From: an uncultured Spirochaetota bacterium
GTDB lineage: Bacteria > Spirochaetota > Brevinematia > Brevinematales > JAOACQ01
NCBI GenBank assembly: GCA_963783575.1
Contig: CAWAOD010000014.1
Location: forward strand, 320,001-384,000
Length of the DNA: 64,000 nucleotides
Direction of reading: 5' to 3'
The position numbers and the translations under genes are program-made. The notes beneath the pieces were generated by a model. It did no database searches. It was not told the origin of the DNA and saw only the letters and a list, made by a program, of their open reading frames with translations. Within the stretch, counting starts at the first letter, position 1. Each line of letters begins with the position of its first letter. Positions 30,650 through 41,473 of this stretch are shown in pieces.

Positions 30650-31578
30650 TGTTCCAATAAAAGATATTTATGAAGATTTTACAATAACCGATAATATTTG
30701 GCTTACTACTAATGATAAAAAGAACAGTTTCAATTTTTTTAAAAAAGAAAATAAAAAAGAACTGGTTCTTATTGCTAATAATGAAAGCAGGGATTATGAT
30801 TTTTTAAAACAGAAAATGTCGCAAGATCTCAAGGATTGGTTTCATAGCGTTATCGGGCTAAACAATTGCATTAGCGCTTATTATATTAATTCAAGCGATA
30901 ATTCCATTCAAACGGTAAATAAATCCGATATTTTCCCTGTTTTATTTAAAAGAAAAGATAAAAAATTCATATTTATCGATAAAAATATTCTTGAACTGCC
31001 GATTGATAATGGGGATGCTCTTGTGGGATTTAATAATAATATTACAAATAATCATATTGAAAAATTATCTCAATTAATTTATAATTCAAAAGAAATATCT
31101 TATCCATTTCTCAAAGTTATCCAATCAGCCTTAAGCCACCTGGGAGAAAAATCCAAACCTATTTTTTTGATTGATGTATCATCACACCAGTCTTATTCAT
31201 TTCCTATAAAGTCAACTTTGAAAACAGTCAGCCTGACAATCGATATGATAAGAGATAAAGTGTTGAAGCATTATTCGGAAAAGATATGGCAGATAGAAAC
31301 AGTACTGGCATGAAGCCCTGGTTAATGCTATTACTTATGGAAATGAAATGGATTTTAACAAATTTGTAACAGTAAAATATGAAATTGGGGAAAAGGGGTT
31401 GAGGGTAATAATCAAAGACAGCGGTGATGGATTTGACACAAAAAATATTTCCGTACCTGTCGGGAATGAAGCGCTTGAATGGATTTCCGGTCGAGGGATT
31501 TATATTATGAAAAAGTTTTCTGATGCTATGTATTATAATGAAAAAGGGAATGAAGTAATGCTGTTTTTCAATTTTTGA
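30636..31578 (+). CDS. ATP-binding anti-sigma-factor (RsbW-like HATPase) domain protein, split by a 1-nt insertion
   Basis: Removing one G at 31307/31308 joins the ORFs as ETVLHEALVNAITYGN...IKDSGDGFD...SGRGIYIM...YNEKGN. Confidence 0.8.
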
Positions 31579-31636
31579 TTTTTTTCATTACCGATGTTAA
31601 AATAAAAGTATTAATAATTACTGTATGGAGGATATT

Positions 31637-31819
31637 ATGGCTGTTGTTATCGATGTGGAAACATGTATCGGTTGCGGCGTTTGTGAAAGTGTTTATCCGG
31701 ATCTTTTCGAAATGACAGATGACGGTAAAGCAAAGGTAAAAAATCTATCAGGATATGATGCAGATTTGGCTAACGATGCGGCCTCACAGTGCCCTGTCAA
31801 TGCCATAGCTGTTGGATAA
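31637..31819 (+). CDS. Single-cluster ferredoxin
   Basis: CIGCGVC...CPVNAI; GGAGG RBS before the ATG at 31637. Confidence 0.92.
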   Translation: MAVVIDVETCIGCGVCESVYPDLFEMTDDGKAKVKNLSGYDADLANDAASQCPVNAIAVG

Positions 31820-31826
31820 AACAATA

Positions 31827-31875
31827 AGCCGGACACGATTATCTATGAATAATGATAATGTTGTCCGGTTTTTTA
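31827..31875 (+). terminator. Probable intrinsic terminator after the ferredoxin gene
   Basis: AGCCGGACA..ATTATC / GATAAT..TGTCCGGTT stem followed by a T-run. Confidence 0.65.
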
Positions 31876-31915
31876 TTGTAAATAATGCCAGAATAGTTCA
31901 TTATTGGGAATTTTT

Positions 31916-32557
31916 ATGAACGCAAGAAAATTGAAAGAAATTATCAAACAGGAAAAGTTGGTTCCAATTTTGAGAATTAAATCCCAGGACTGTGTTATGG
32001 GAATTGCCGGGGCTGTTATTAACAGCGGCGGTAGAATTCTTGAATATACCATGACTACCGAAGGAATAATTGATGAAATAGCAAAAGTCAAAGAAAAATT
32101 CCCGGAATTGATTATAGGACTCGGTACTGTCTTAAATAAAGAAGACGCAGATGATGCAATTCGAAAAGGCGCAGATTTTATTGTAAGTCCAATATTGAAT
32201 TATGATATAATTGATTCCGTGAAAAGTAAGGATAAAATGATAATGCTCTCCGGATTTACTCCAACAGAGCTTTACAATGCATATAAAGCAGGATCTGACA
32301 TAGTAAAGCTTTTTCCGGCAAGTGAAATGAACCCTTCATTTATCAGGGAATTGTCAGGTCCCCTACCATTTTTAGAGATATTTCCTACAGGAGGCCTGGA
32401 TCTTATCGCAGCAATTCAGTTTTTATCTTATGGGGCAGTCGCTGTCGGAATGGGACGTACAGTTTTTAAAAAAGAATTGATTGAAAACAAACACTTTGAT
32501 GAGATTTCACAATTATTAAAAAATGCCAACCACAGAATAAAAAATATGGAAATATAA
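31916..32557 (+). CDS. eda: KDPG/KHG aldolase
   Basis: PILR, LEYTM, GLGTVL, GADFIVSP, TPTE, VKLFPA, PTGG. Confidence 0.9.
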   Translation: MNARKLKEIIKQEKLVPILRIKSQDCVMGIAGAVINSGGRILEYTMTTEGIIDEIAKVKEKFPELIIGLGTVLNKEDADDAIRKGADFIVSPILNYDIIDSVKSKDKMIMLSGFTPTELYNAYKAGSDIVKLFPASEMNPSFIRELSGPLPFLEIFPTGGLDLIAAIQFLSYGAVAVGMGRTVFKKELIENKHFDEISQLLKNANHRIKNMEI

Positions 32558-32590
32558 TTTGGGCAGTTCGAAAATCTCATTAAAACCTGT

Positions 32591-32619
32591 TTGACAGAAA
32601 ATAGCCATCATTATATACT
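32591..32619 (+). promoter_or_regulatory. Near-consensus sigma70 promoter
   Basis: TTGACA-N17-TATACT, about 420 nt upstream of the kinase gene. Confidence 0.65.
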
Positions 32620-33039
32620 ATCAGTATCGGGAAGTGCATATTTAATATTTTAAATACCTAACCGTTTTCTTAGCATGATTTTACTAAAACATCTGGAGCT
32701 GAAGTGACTTTCCTTTAAGATATATCATTATTTCAAAAGGAGTGTACGATAAATGTTCATGCCAGGCTCAATTAATTCATTTCATAAAAATGTTTAAAAT
32801 TCCCAACCATTTTTCAATAATTTATAAATAATAAAAAATTTATATATATTCAGTCTTGAAAAAACCTTGAGAAATCAATTCGTGTCTTATGTTTTTAACC
32901 GCTTAGAATATTATTGACATAATTATATCTTTATAGGTTTTTATTATTCTGATTTGAACTTGTTAAAGCATTTTCAAAGAAAAAGAAACCGATCAATAAT
33001 TAAAAATAGAAAAGAATTTTTTCTAGATTCGGAGGTATA

Positions 33040-35452
33040 GTGAAGATCAAAAAAAAGTCGCTGATAAATGGGTTAACCGGATCAGCTCTTTTAATTATTG
33101 TTAGTTTTATATTAATTACTGGAATAGAGCTGGAAAAAGAATCATATTATGAGATCCGGAATATCAATATTATTATTAAAAGTATAAATGAATTAAAAAT
33201 GATAACTTTAAATGGTATATTGAATCCTGATTCTATTAATCAAAATTACTGGGAAAGAAAATGGGAAGAACTGAATGATAACCTTTTAATGGAGAAAAAT
33301 AAAAGCAGGAACCGGAAATATATTAACCTTCTGATAGAAAAACATTTTGAAGCGAAAAATTTATATTCAGAATTAGTAAATAATATAAAACCGCATCAAG
33401 ATTCCATTATTTCAAATGATAAAAATAAGAGTTCAGTAAATCTTATAATTAATAACTTTTTATCCGAATACCAGCAGATAATTGATATTACCTCACATCG
33501 GTATGATGATATTCAAAAGAATATAATTATAATAAGTAATTTTAATATTGTTTTTATTATATCGATTTCTGCATTTTTATTTTTGTTAATATTGGTGTCA
33601 GCATTTTGGAAAATATTCACGCTTTCGGATGAAAACCTTGACTTTAGTATAAAAAGGGATGTGTTCGGGCAAAATCTGGTAAAAACCTCTCTTCTTGAAA
33701 GTGAAAATAAATACCGTCAATTTTTTGAGAAAGCACAGGAAGGCATTTGTTTTATCAATAATAACGGATTAATTCAATATGCAAATTCAAAAATGGCTGA
33801 TTTACTGGGTTATGTTATTGATGATTTGATAAGTCAGCCGTTTAACAAGTTTGTTGATCAATCGTCTCAGGAAAAATCAAAAAATATTTTTTCCTGTAAT
33901 ATTGAAGAGATTACTGATACAATAGAAATAAAACTAAAGAAAAAAGATGGATCGGAAATTTATACTATAATTTCAATTTCATATTTTAAGAATCAATCCG
34001 GTATTATAAAAAATATTCTCGCATTTTTGACAGATATTACTGATCGAAAACATATGGAAAATATATTTAAAGAAAACGAGGAAAAATACCGGCTTCTTTA
34101 TTCATCAATGAATGAAGGCGTAGGACTCCATGCAGATATTACTTGATGAATTTGGAATGCCGGCAGACTATCGTTTCCTTGATGTCAATAACAGCTATGA
34201 AAAATTGACTGGCTTAAACAGGAATGAAATCATAGGACGTACTGCACGCCAGGTTTTATTAATTCAGGATTCATTCTCAATTATTAATTATGGTGAAGTA
34301 GCTCTTACTGGAATACCAAAGCATTTTGAAAATTATTCAAAGGAAATGGGAAAATATTATGAAATATTTGCATACAGTCCAAAAAAAGGACTTTTTGCAA
34401 CAATTATTAATGATATTACTGAAAGAAAAGAAGCTGAACTTTATCTGCAGATGAATGAGGAACGTTATAGGGAATTGTTTGACGGCAGCAGTGATGGAGT
34501 CATTGTTTATGAAGCTGTTAATGACGGAAATGACTTTTTAATAATTGATTTGAACTTGGCGGTAGAAGAAATTGAAATTGTTAAGAAAGAAGACATTCTG
34601 GGTAAAAGCGTTCTGGAAATTTTTCCCGGCATCAAATCATTTGGACTATTTGATGTTTTGAAAAGAGTCTGGAAAACGGGCAAACCGGAACATTTCCCGG
34701 TATCTTTTTATCAGGATCAGCGTATAAGCGGCTGGAGAGAAAACTATGTTTACAGACTTCCTTCAGGTGAAATTGTTGCGATCTATGAGGATGCTACAAT
34801 ACGAAAAACCGCTGAAGAACAAATCAAATTATCTTTAAAAGAAAAAGAATTGCTTTTGAAAGAAGTTCATCACCGCGTAAAAAACAATCTTCAGATAATT
34901 TCCAGCTTACTTCATCTACAGGAAAAATATATTCGCGATAAAAATGATCTTGAAATTTTTCAGGACAGCCAGAATCGTGTAAAATCAATGGCAATGATCC
35001 ATGAAAAACTTTATCAGTCAGAAAGTTTTTCAAAAGTCGATTTTAAAGATTATATTCAAAGCCTAATCTCTAATTTATATTACTCATTCGGTATAAAAAA
35101 TGAAAGAATACAACTGGAAACACTGATTGATGAAATTTATTTTAATATCGATAAAGCAATAACCTGCGGACTATTATTAAATGAATTGATATCAAATTGT
35201 TTTAAACATGCCTTTCCGGATGAAAGAAAAGGAAAAATCAGTCTCAAAATAAAAAAAGAATTGCATAAATATTTATTGGTTGTAAATGATAATGGTATTG
35301 GCATAAATGAAAATATTGATTCAAATAGTACGGGGTCACTCGGCTTTCAATTAATAAACAGTCTTGTTGCTCAGCTTGGAGGATTTATGAATTATAAAAG
35401 TAATAAAGATGGCTTTTCTGGAACCGAATTTATTATTTCATTTCCCGAATAA
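33040..35452 (+). CDS. Membrane PAS-domain sensor histidine kinase (HisKA_2/HWE type), split by a 1-nt insertion
   Basis: Two TM segments, three PAS domains, EVHHRVKNNLQ H-box, NELISN, DNGIG, GSLG; removing the C at 34133 gives VGLHEILLDEFGMPADYRFL. Confidence 0.85.
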
Positions 35453-35460
35453 GATAAACC

Positions 35461-36406
35461 TTAAGAATGAAATTTTATTGAAGGAATAGATTCTTTTATT
35501 CTAAAGATGCCTGAAGATTCGCCGGTATTTTTATTTATATCGATAATTATTCCTTGTACTTCCATAGCTCCGCTCTCTTCTGGAGAAAATCTGACAGGAA
35601 GATGCTGGATAACTTTCCTGTATGAATCGGAAATTTTCATACCGATTACAGAATCGATCGACCCGCACATACCGATATCAGTTATGTATGCTGTTTTTTT
35701 CGTTAGGATTCTTTCGTCTGCAGTTTGTATATGGGTATGGGTACCCCAGACAGCACTAATCCTGCCGTCAAAGTACCATCCGAAAACTTGTTTTTCACTT
35801 GTCGCTTCTGCATGAAAATCCACAAGTATTATTTTAATCTTATCTTTTTTCAATTTTTCAATTTCTTTTTCAATGGTTTGAAAAGGGCAATCAACCGGAT
35901 CCATAAAAATCCTGCCAATAGCGTTTATTACTGCAGCCTTGATCCCGTTCTTCTCATAAATAAAAACTCCATGACCCGGGTGTATTCGGCGGATAATTGA
36001 TCGGACGTAAAAGACCGGGATACTTATCGAGAAATTCGAATACCTCTTTTTTTTGCCAGACATGATTACCGGTTGTAATTACATCTATCCCGCCTTCAAA
36101 AAGTTGTTTTGCTATAACGTTTGTAATTCCAAAACCATGAGCAGAATTCTCACCGTTTAATATTACCAGATCTGGTTCAATTGCAGTTTTTATCTTAGTG
36201 AATATTGTGAATAAAGCTTTTCTTCCCGGATCACCTATAATATCACCGAATGCGAGTACACGGAAAGAATTCTCATCTTTTTTATTTAATATTAATTCCT
36301 TTTGTTCTGCATAGACGCTTTTTAACAGCATTTCTTTTGACTGGTTGTTTAATATACTGCCAAGAGCCTTACCTGAATTATTTTGTGAATTCATCATTTT
36401 CCCCAT
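35461..36406 (-). CDS. ymdB: TIGR00282/YmdB family metallophosphoesterase, split by a 1-nt insertion
   Basis: GDIIGDPGR, NGENSAHG, TGNHVW, LRPINYP, then DFHAEATSEK, GTHTH, TDIGMCG; frames join at CCCGGG (about 35975-35980) as PPNTPGHGV. Confidence 0.88.
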
Positions 36407-36483
36407 ATTATGCTAATGATATCAGGTAAATATAATAAGATAAAGAACTATAAATAGCAAAAAGGTCGCAATTTATTCTAATT

Positions 36484-36882
36484 TCAATTACTGCCATTTT
36501 CTTTCAATTCAAGCCGGTATTTCAGTTTAGGCTTTAAGATATTAAATTCTGATTGTAATAGATTGGTCAAAGTGGGATTCATTTCAATAATATACATTAT
36601 ATTCGTGTTTTTTGATGTAATTATATCGGTCGATAAGGTTTCCGGAAAATATGTTTCCAGAATATTCATTTCTTTATCAAGAAAGTACATTCTCATCGGA
36701 AGATAAGTATTTTTCATCCAGTAAGAAACTGTTTCAGGTCTATTATTAATAAAGATCATCCCGTCAATTTGTCCCCAGCTTTTTCTGAACATCATCCCCT
36801 TTTCTTTTTCAGCCTGAGAAACAGCAAGTTCAAAATTAAGAACATTTGTTATCAAAGTGATAGTTATAATTGTTGAAATCAA
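36484..36882 (-). CDS. DUF192 family protein
   Basis: ELA..AEKEKGMMFR...GMIF...YWMKNTYLP...YIIEMN. Confidence 0.85.
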   Translation of the reverse strand: MISTIITITLITNVLNFELAVSQAEKEKGMMFRKSWGQIDGMIFINNRPETVSYWMKNTYLPMRMYFLDKEMNILETYFPETLSTDIITSKNTNIMYIIEMNPTLTNLLQSEFNILKPKLKYRLELKENGSN

Positions 36883-37230
36883 TTTATTCTCCTACCTTAA
36901 AATAAATTATTATAATCAATATTTTAAATAATTTTCTTTTGATTATTATTATAAATAAATATTGAACAAATTTGAATAAATCTTTCTAAGATATTTTTAT
37001 TTTTATTTCAAATCCTTCCAAGGATTTTTTCAATATAGCATGCCAATAGTTTCCGGAATGTTCACCAATCAAATGTTTCCCAAACAATAAATTGAATCGA
37101 TTATTCAAGATTCGGAAGAATGTGTTTTTCACAGGAAGATGGGAAGCGATGTCCTGAGCAACGAAGGGTCTCGAAGAATCTTGGCCACGAATTGTACTAA
37201 TTAACAAGAATCAGAGAAAACCCTTGTTGG

Positions 37231-39780
37231 TTAGCTTACCTGGTTATCTTTTTTTGTTGAAGGCAGATATAAATAAAAAGCAGAACCTTTTCCTACAATA
37301 GAATCTACGCCGATATACCCGTTATGCTTTTTTATAATAGAGTAGCATATTGTTAATCCAAGTCCATGACCAATATCTTTTGTCGTGAAATAAGGATCAA
37401 AGATTTTCTGTAAATTTTCCGTTGGTATACCATGGCCATTATCACGGAATGTTAATTTAACATAATTGCCACTTATCAAAGGGATTGATTGATTATTTTC
37501 TTCAAGTTTTAAATTTTCCGCGGTAATAATAATTTCTCCCCCATCCGGCATTGCTTGACAGGCATTGATAACCAGGTTTTCTATTACCTGGCAAATTTGC
37601 ACCTCGTCCGCTTCTACCTCCCATAGATCATTGGGTATATAAAATTTACAAACCACATTTTTATTGTTTATAGTAAATTTTACAGTTTCACGAATTACTT
37701 CACCCAGAATAATACTTTTTTTATAGGTGATTGAGCCTTTGGAAAAAGTTAAAAATTGCCAGCTTAAATTCCTGGCCCTAAGCGATGCTTTTTCAGCTTC
37801 AGAAAGGAATTCATATACAGGTCCGACTGGCTGAATATTTAATTTTGCCAGAGAAATATTACCGATAATAGCAGTAAGAATATTATTCAAATCATGACCA
37901 ATTCCGCCAGCTAAAACTTCTAATGAATCCAGTTTATTGATTTTAAGCATTTCTTCTTCAATTATTTTTTTATTTGTAATATCTTCAGCAACACCAACAT
38001 AATTTGTTATTTTGCCTTGTGCGTTTTTAATAGGAGAAGCTGAAAAATAAAGCCAGATTTTTTTATCGTTTTCAATTGTTACAGATAGCTCCCCTCTGTA
38101 ATCATGGCCTCCAATCAGCATATCAAATATTTTATATAAATTTTCTTTGACTGCATTGTCAATATCTAAGTTAAATATATTATTGTTCTTTTCTGCATTT
38201 GGATCAAATCCCGTAACCTCAATAAATTTTTGATTAACATATTCTATATGTCCAGCAGTATCAATAACTACAACAAGAGCTGAACTTTGTTCAACGGCAC
38301 TGTACAAATTACGGAGCTGATCGGCGATTTTTTTCTGTTCCGTTATATCAAATCCTGAGCCCAGTATTGCTTTTCGACCTTCATAATATATTGTAGAAGT
38401 TGTAAGATCAATCCATCTTGCCTCCCCTTCTTTGTTTATCCATTTTAATTCATAACGAAAAGAAGGGATATTCTCCTTGGCTCTCTTGTTAATAATATCT
38501 TTAATCATATTATAATAATCCGGATGTATGAAATCGAATATTCTTTTTTGAGAGATTTCTTCTCTGGTATAACCGGATAATTTTTCCAGTGATGCATTAA
38601 CATAAATAATTTTTTCATCCTGAAAAATAAAAATTGAAGCGGCAGTATTTTCAACCAGCATTTTAAATTGCTCTTCACTTTCTTTTAATGCTAATTCAAC
38701 TTTTTTTCTATCTTCCATTTCTTTCTTTAATAAATTTTCCTGCCTCTTATCCTGGCCTAAAAAAAGTATTCCTGTAAGACCAATCTTATCATTACTGACG
38801 ACAAAACTAGTGAATAAAACCGGTAAAATATCCTGAAGTTTTGAAATCAGGTTTACTTCTAATGACCAATTATAAGGAGTTCTATTTTTTATTTTATCAA
38901 TCATATTCCGTATTGATTCTTTTTCAACTATGTAATTGGTTAAATTTTTACCCATCAGTTCATTTTCAGGATACCCGATGATCTTTTCCATCTGTTTATT
39001 TACTAATATGATACTACCCTCATAATCAACAAGAACTAAAATATCAAGCATACCGGACATAACTTCCTGAATAATTATTGCGGGAGTAAAATTCATCAAA
39101 CGGTATTTAACAATTGATAACCAGATGCTTATAAACCAGATAAGAATAAAAAAAGTACTGAGTGGCGGTAGAAAGCGAATATTTAATTGCGGCATTAAAA
39201 GATCAAAAATATATCCCATTAAAAATGTAATAATACCGCTATATAAAATAATCCTTGAAAGTCGTTTTTCCCTAATATTACTTGAATATTTTCCCCATAA
39301 CCACGTTAATACGACGCAACTCGATAAGAAAAAAATAAAATATACGTTATATGCCCAGTACCAAGGGGAATCAAGATAATATATAGCTTTCCATCCAAAA
39401 TTAGACAAAACAAAATCCTTCACTAAAAGGTTTCCATTTAACTCCTTAATATAAAAAACTGCTCCGGGAAGATAAAGAATCAAGTATAACCACCATTTCT
39501 GTAAAAGCTTTTTCTTATTTGTTAATATCAAGAAAAAATGCAATATTATTCCCTGAAAAAAACACCAGTTAAATGCAAATATATTGTGGAGTATAATTAT
39601 TGTTTTTTTATCTTTTAAAATATGAAAAAGTACATTATCAAAAGACCAGAATGCAAATGATAAGCTGAGAATAAAAAATATCTTATTTAAGTCAGATTTT
39701 TGATTTAATCTCAAAGTATATACACCGACTATTAGATAGATAATGAAAGCAGTAAAAAATAAATATGATAAAATCAGCAT
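37231..39780 (-). CDS. HisKA_7TM membrane sensor with three PAS domains and a histidine kinase (no receiver domain)
   Basis: About 7 TM helices (LNKIFFILSLSFAFWSF), PAS/PAC repeats, LAGGIGHDLNNILT H-box, NLVINA, DNGHG, DPYFTTK, GHGLGL. Confidence 0.9.
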   Translation of the reverse strand: MLILSYLFFTAFIIYLIVGVYTLRLNQKSDLNKIFFILSLSFAFWSFDNVLFHILKDKKTIIILHNIFAFNWCFFQGIILHFFLILTNKKKLLQKWWLYLILYLPGAVFYIKELNGNLLVKDFVLSNFGWKAIYYLDSPWYWAYNVYFIFFLSSCVVLTWLWGKYSSNIREKRLSRIILYSGIITFLMGYIFDLLMPQLNIRFLPPLSTFFILIWFISIWLSIVKYRLMNFTPAIIIQEVMSGMLDILVLVDYEGSIILVNKQMEKIIGYPENELMGKNLTNYIVEKESIRNMIDKIKNRTPYNWSLEVNLISKLQDILPVLFTSFVVSNDKIGLTGILFLGQDKRQENLLKKEMEDRKKVELALKESEEQFKMLVENTAASIFIFQDEKIIYVNASLEKLSGYTREEISQKRIFDFIHPDYYNMIKDIINKRAKENIPSFRYELKWINKEGEARWIDLTTSTIYYEGRKAILGSGFDITEQKKIADQLRNLYSAVEQSSALVVVIDTAGHIEYVNQKFIEVTGFDPNAEKNNNIFNLDIDNAVKENLYKIFDMLIGGHDYRGELSVTIENDKKIWLYFSASPIKNAQGKITNYVGVAEDITNKKIIEEEMLKINKLDSLEVLAGGIGHDLNNILTAIIGNISLAKLNIQPVGPVYEFLSEAEKASLRARNLSWQFLTFSKGSITYKKSIILGEVIRETVKFTINNKNVVCKFYIPNDLWEVEADEVQICQVIENLVINACQAMPDGGEIIITAENLKLEENNQSIPLISGNYVKLTFRDNGHGIPTENLQKIFDPYFTTKDIGHGLGLTICYSIIKKHNGYIGVDSIVGKGSAFYLYLPSTKKDNQVS

Positions 39781-40021
39781 ATATAGTAATCTTCCTTATT
39801 CAAAACTCTAATAAGTTTTATATCATTCAACGCCATTCCTTTTTCATTAAAAAACTCTTCTGCAGTAAGCCTTGAAAAATTAAGTCAGGGTAAGATACTT
39901 TACACAAAGACTTTCCAGAGCATGCCGAGCGGCTCAGATACAAAAATACCCTTAAATAAAATAAACAAAATTAAATATTCCGAGAAGTTTACTTTTTTCT
40001 GAAATATTTGAAAGCATTTCT

Positions 40022-40049
40022 ATTATAATATTACTAAATAAAATGTCAA
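40022..40049 (-). promoter_or_regulatory. Consensus sigma70 promoter of the 7TM kinase gene
   Basis: Minus strand TTGACA(40049-40044)-N16-TATAAT(40027-40022). Confidence 0.65.
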
Positions 40050-40198
40050 TACTTTTAATTATCTATAAATTTTACCAGAATAATCCTTAGTTTAAGTAGT
40101 CTATATTGTATTTTCCGAAGTGTTTATCGCAGGTCAAACTCCAGGATAATAATTGAAACAGGTATGCAGAAAAGTTAATTACTCAAGGAAGTTTTGTT

Positions 40199-41473
40199 TT
40201 AAAATATTTCCCGATCAGTCCTTAAATGACAATAATTTTTAATTGTCTCTTTAATATTCTTCTTATCTGCTCTTGAAATCTTTGTTATGTGAAAACCACA
40301 TAAAATTATTTCTTTGCTGGAATTGAACCATTTTAAATGGCATCCTCCGCGAATAAATCCTATCTGTGGAAAACAGATTATAAATTCAAATTCATTGTGA
40401 ATCGATTTTTCATCAGGCATTTCTTCAAGTTCAAGTCTGAAACCATCAAAAGAAATATCAAATAATTTAGCTTTGACATATTTTTCTTTCTTTATGTTCC
40501 ATAATGATATCGTACAATTTTCAATATTTAACGGATAAAATCGATGAGCCGGATTGGTTTTACTCCTACCTTCCCTTAGCCTTGTGAACAACTTTTTATT
40601 AATTAAACGCCCTTCCATCTCAAAATAAGTGCAGATTGTTCCATTTTGATAGATTGTCACATGAAAATCAACTGAAAGCCATTCTCCTTCTTTTCCTTTT
40701 TCATATCGGAAAAGCTCAGCTTTCATTCCTACAGGGTAGTTTAAATCCACATAATCATAAAATTTTGAATTGAATTGATTCATAATAAATTGTACGCCTC
40801 TTAATGGTACTTTACCGAAAACATGACAACATGCCGTTGTAAATTGCCTCGCTGCTTCCATGAGCATAATTCCTGGTACATGATCAATCGAATGTTCAAA
40901 AAAAAAGGGATGAGATGTATTAATTAATAGATTTGAATAAAAAATATTTTCAACTGGGATGTCTGGAATATCATTTATAATTTGAGCTAATTTAAATCTT
41001 TCAATATCAGAAATATAAATATCTTTCCTATTTAAAACAGAGTATATAGTCTTTCCTTCAACCTCAGAAATGTGTTGTTTTAAAACATATTTTCCTATAC
41101 TGATATTTTTTTGATAGAATTCCGATAATATTTTTTTTTCTTTTTGAGTAAGTTTACCTGTATTATCAAGATTTTCCATCAATTCTTCATCAATAAAATG
41201 TGGTATGTTAAACATTATATAGCATTCTTTATTTCTATTATTAGGAAAAAAATCATCTCCGAGAATTTCAGTGTTAATGGGATAATGCAGTATGTAATAT
41301 TCTAAGAAAATAGCACGGTCGGTAATTGACAGCCTGGGAATTATCAATTTTTCAGCTGTCTCCTTATCAAAATAAGCCGGTATTGCTCTGCGAAGATTTT
41401 TCACAAGAACATTCATTTCATCTTGTTTATGTACAATTTTTTTATCAAGAGAAACTTCAAGATTTGTCATCAT
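40199..41473 (-). CDS. AfsA/ScbA-related hotdog-domain protein with a C-terminal PilZ-like domain
   Basis: KKIVHKQDEMNVLV and HPFFFEHSIDHVPGIMLMEAARQ AfsA motifs; C-terminal RFYP...AKLFDISFDGFRL...KW...CGFHI PilZ-like pattern; AGAGG RBS before the ATG at 41473. Confidence 0.82.
   Translation of the reverse strand: MMTNLEVSLDKKIVHKQDEMNVLVKNLRRAIPAYFDKETAEKLIIPRLSITDRAIFLEYYILHYPINTEILGDDFFPNNRNKECYIMFNIPHFIDEELMENLDNTGKLTQKEKKILSEFYQKNISIGKYVLKQHISEVEGKTIYSVLNRKDIYISDIERFKLAQIINDIPDIPVENIFYSNLLINTSHPFFFEHSIDHVPGIMLMEAARQFTTACCHVFGKVPLRGVQFIMNQFNSKFYDYVDLNYPVGMKAELFRYEKGKEGEWLSVDFHVTIYQNGTICTYFEMEGRLINKKLFTRLREGRSKTNPAHRFYPLNIENCTISLWNIKKEKYVKAKLFDISFDGFRLELEEMPDEKSIHNEFEFIICFPQIGFIRGGCHLKWFNSSKEIILCGFHITKISRADKKNIKETIKNYCHLRTDREIF

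Noticed and set aside
36986..37230. 73-aa ORF / GC-richer block downstream of the 7TM kinase, considered as a lost receiver domain or 6S RNA
   Set aside because: No receiver motifs in the frames I read and no convincing long 6S-like stem; left unassigned
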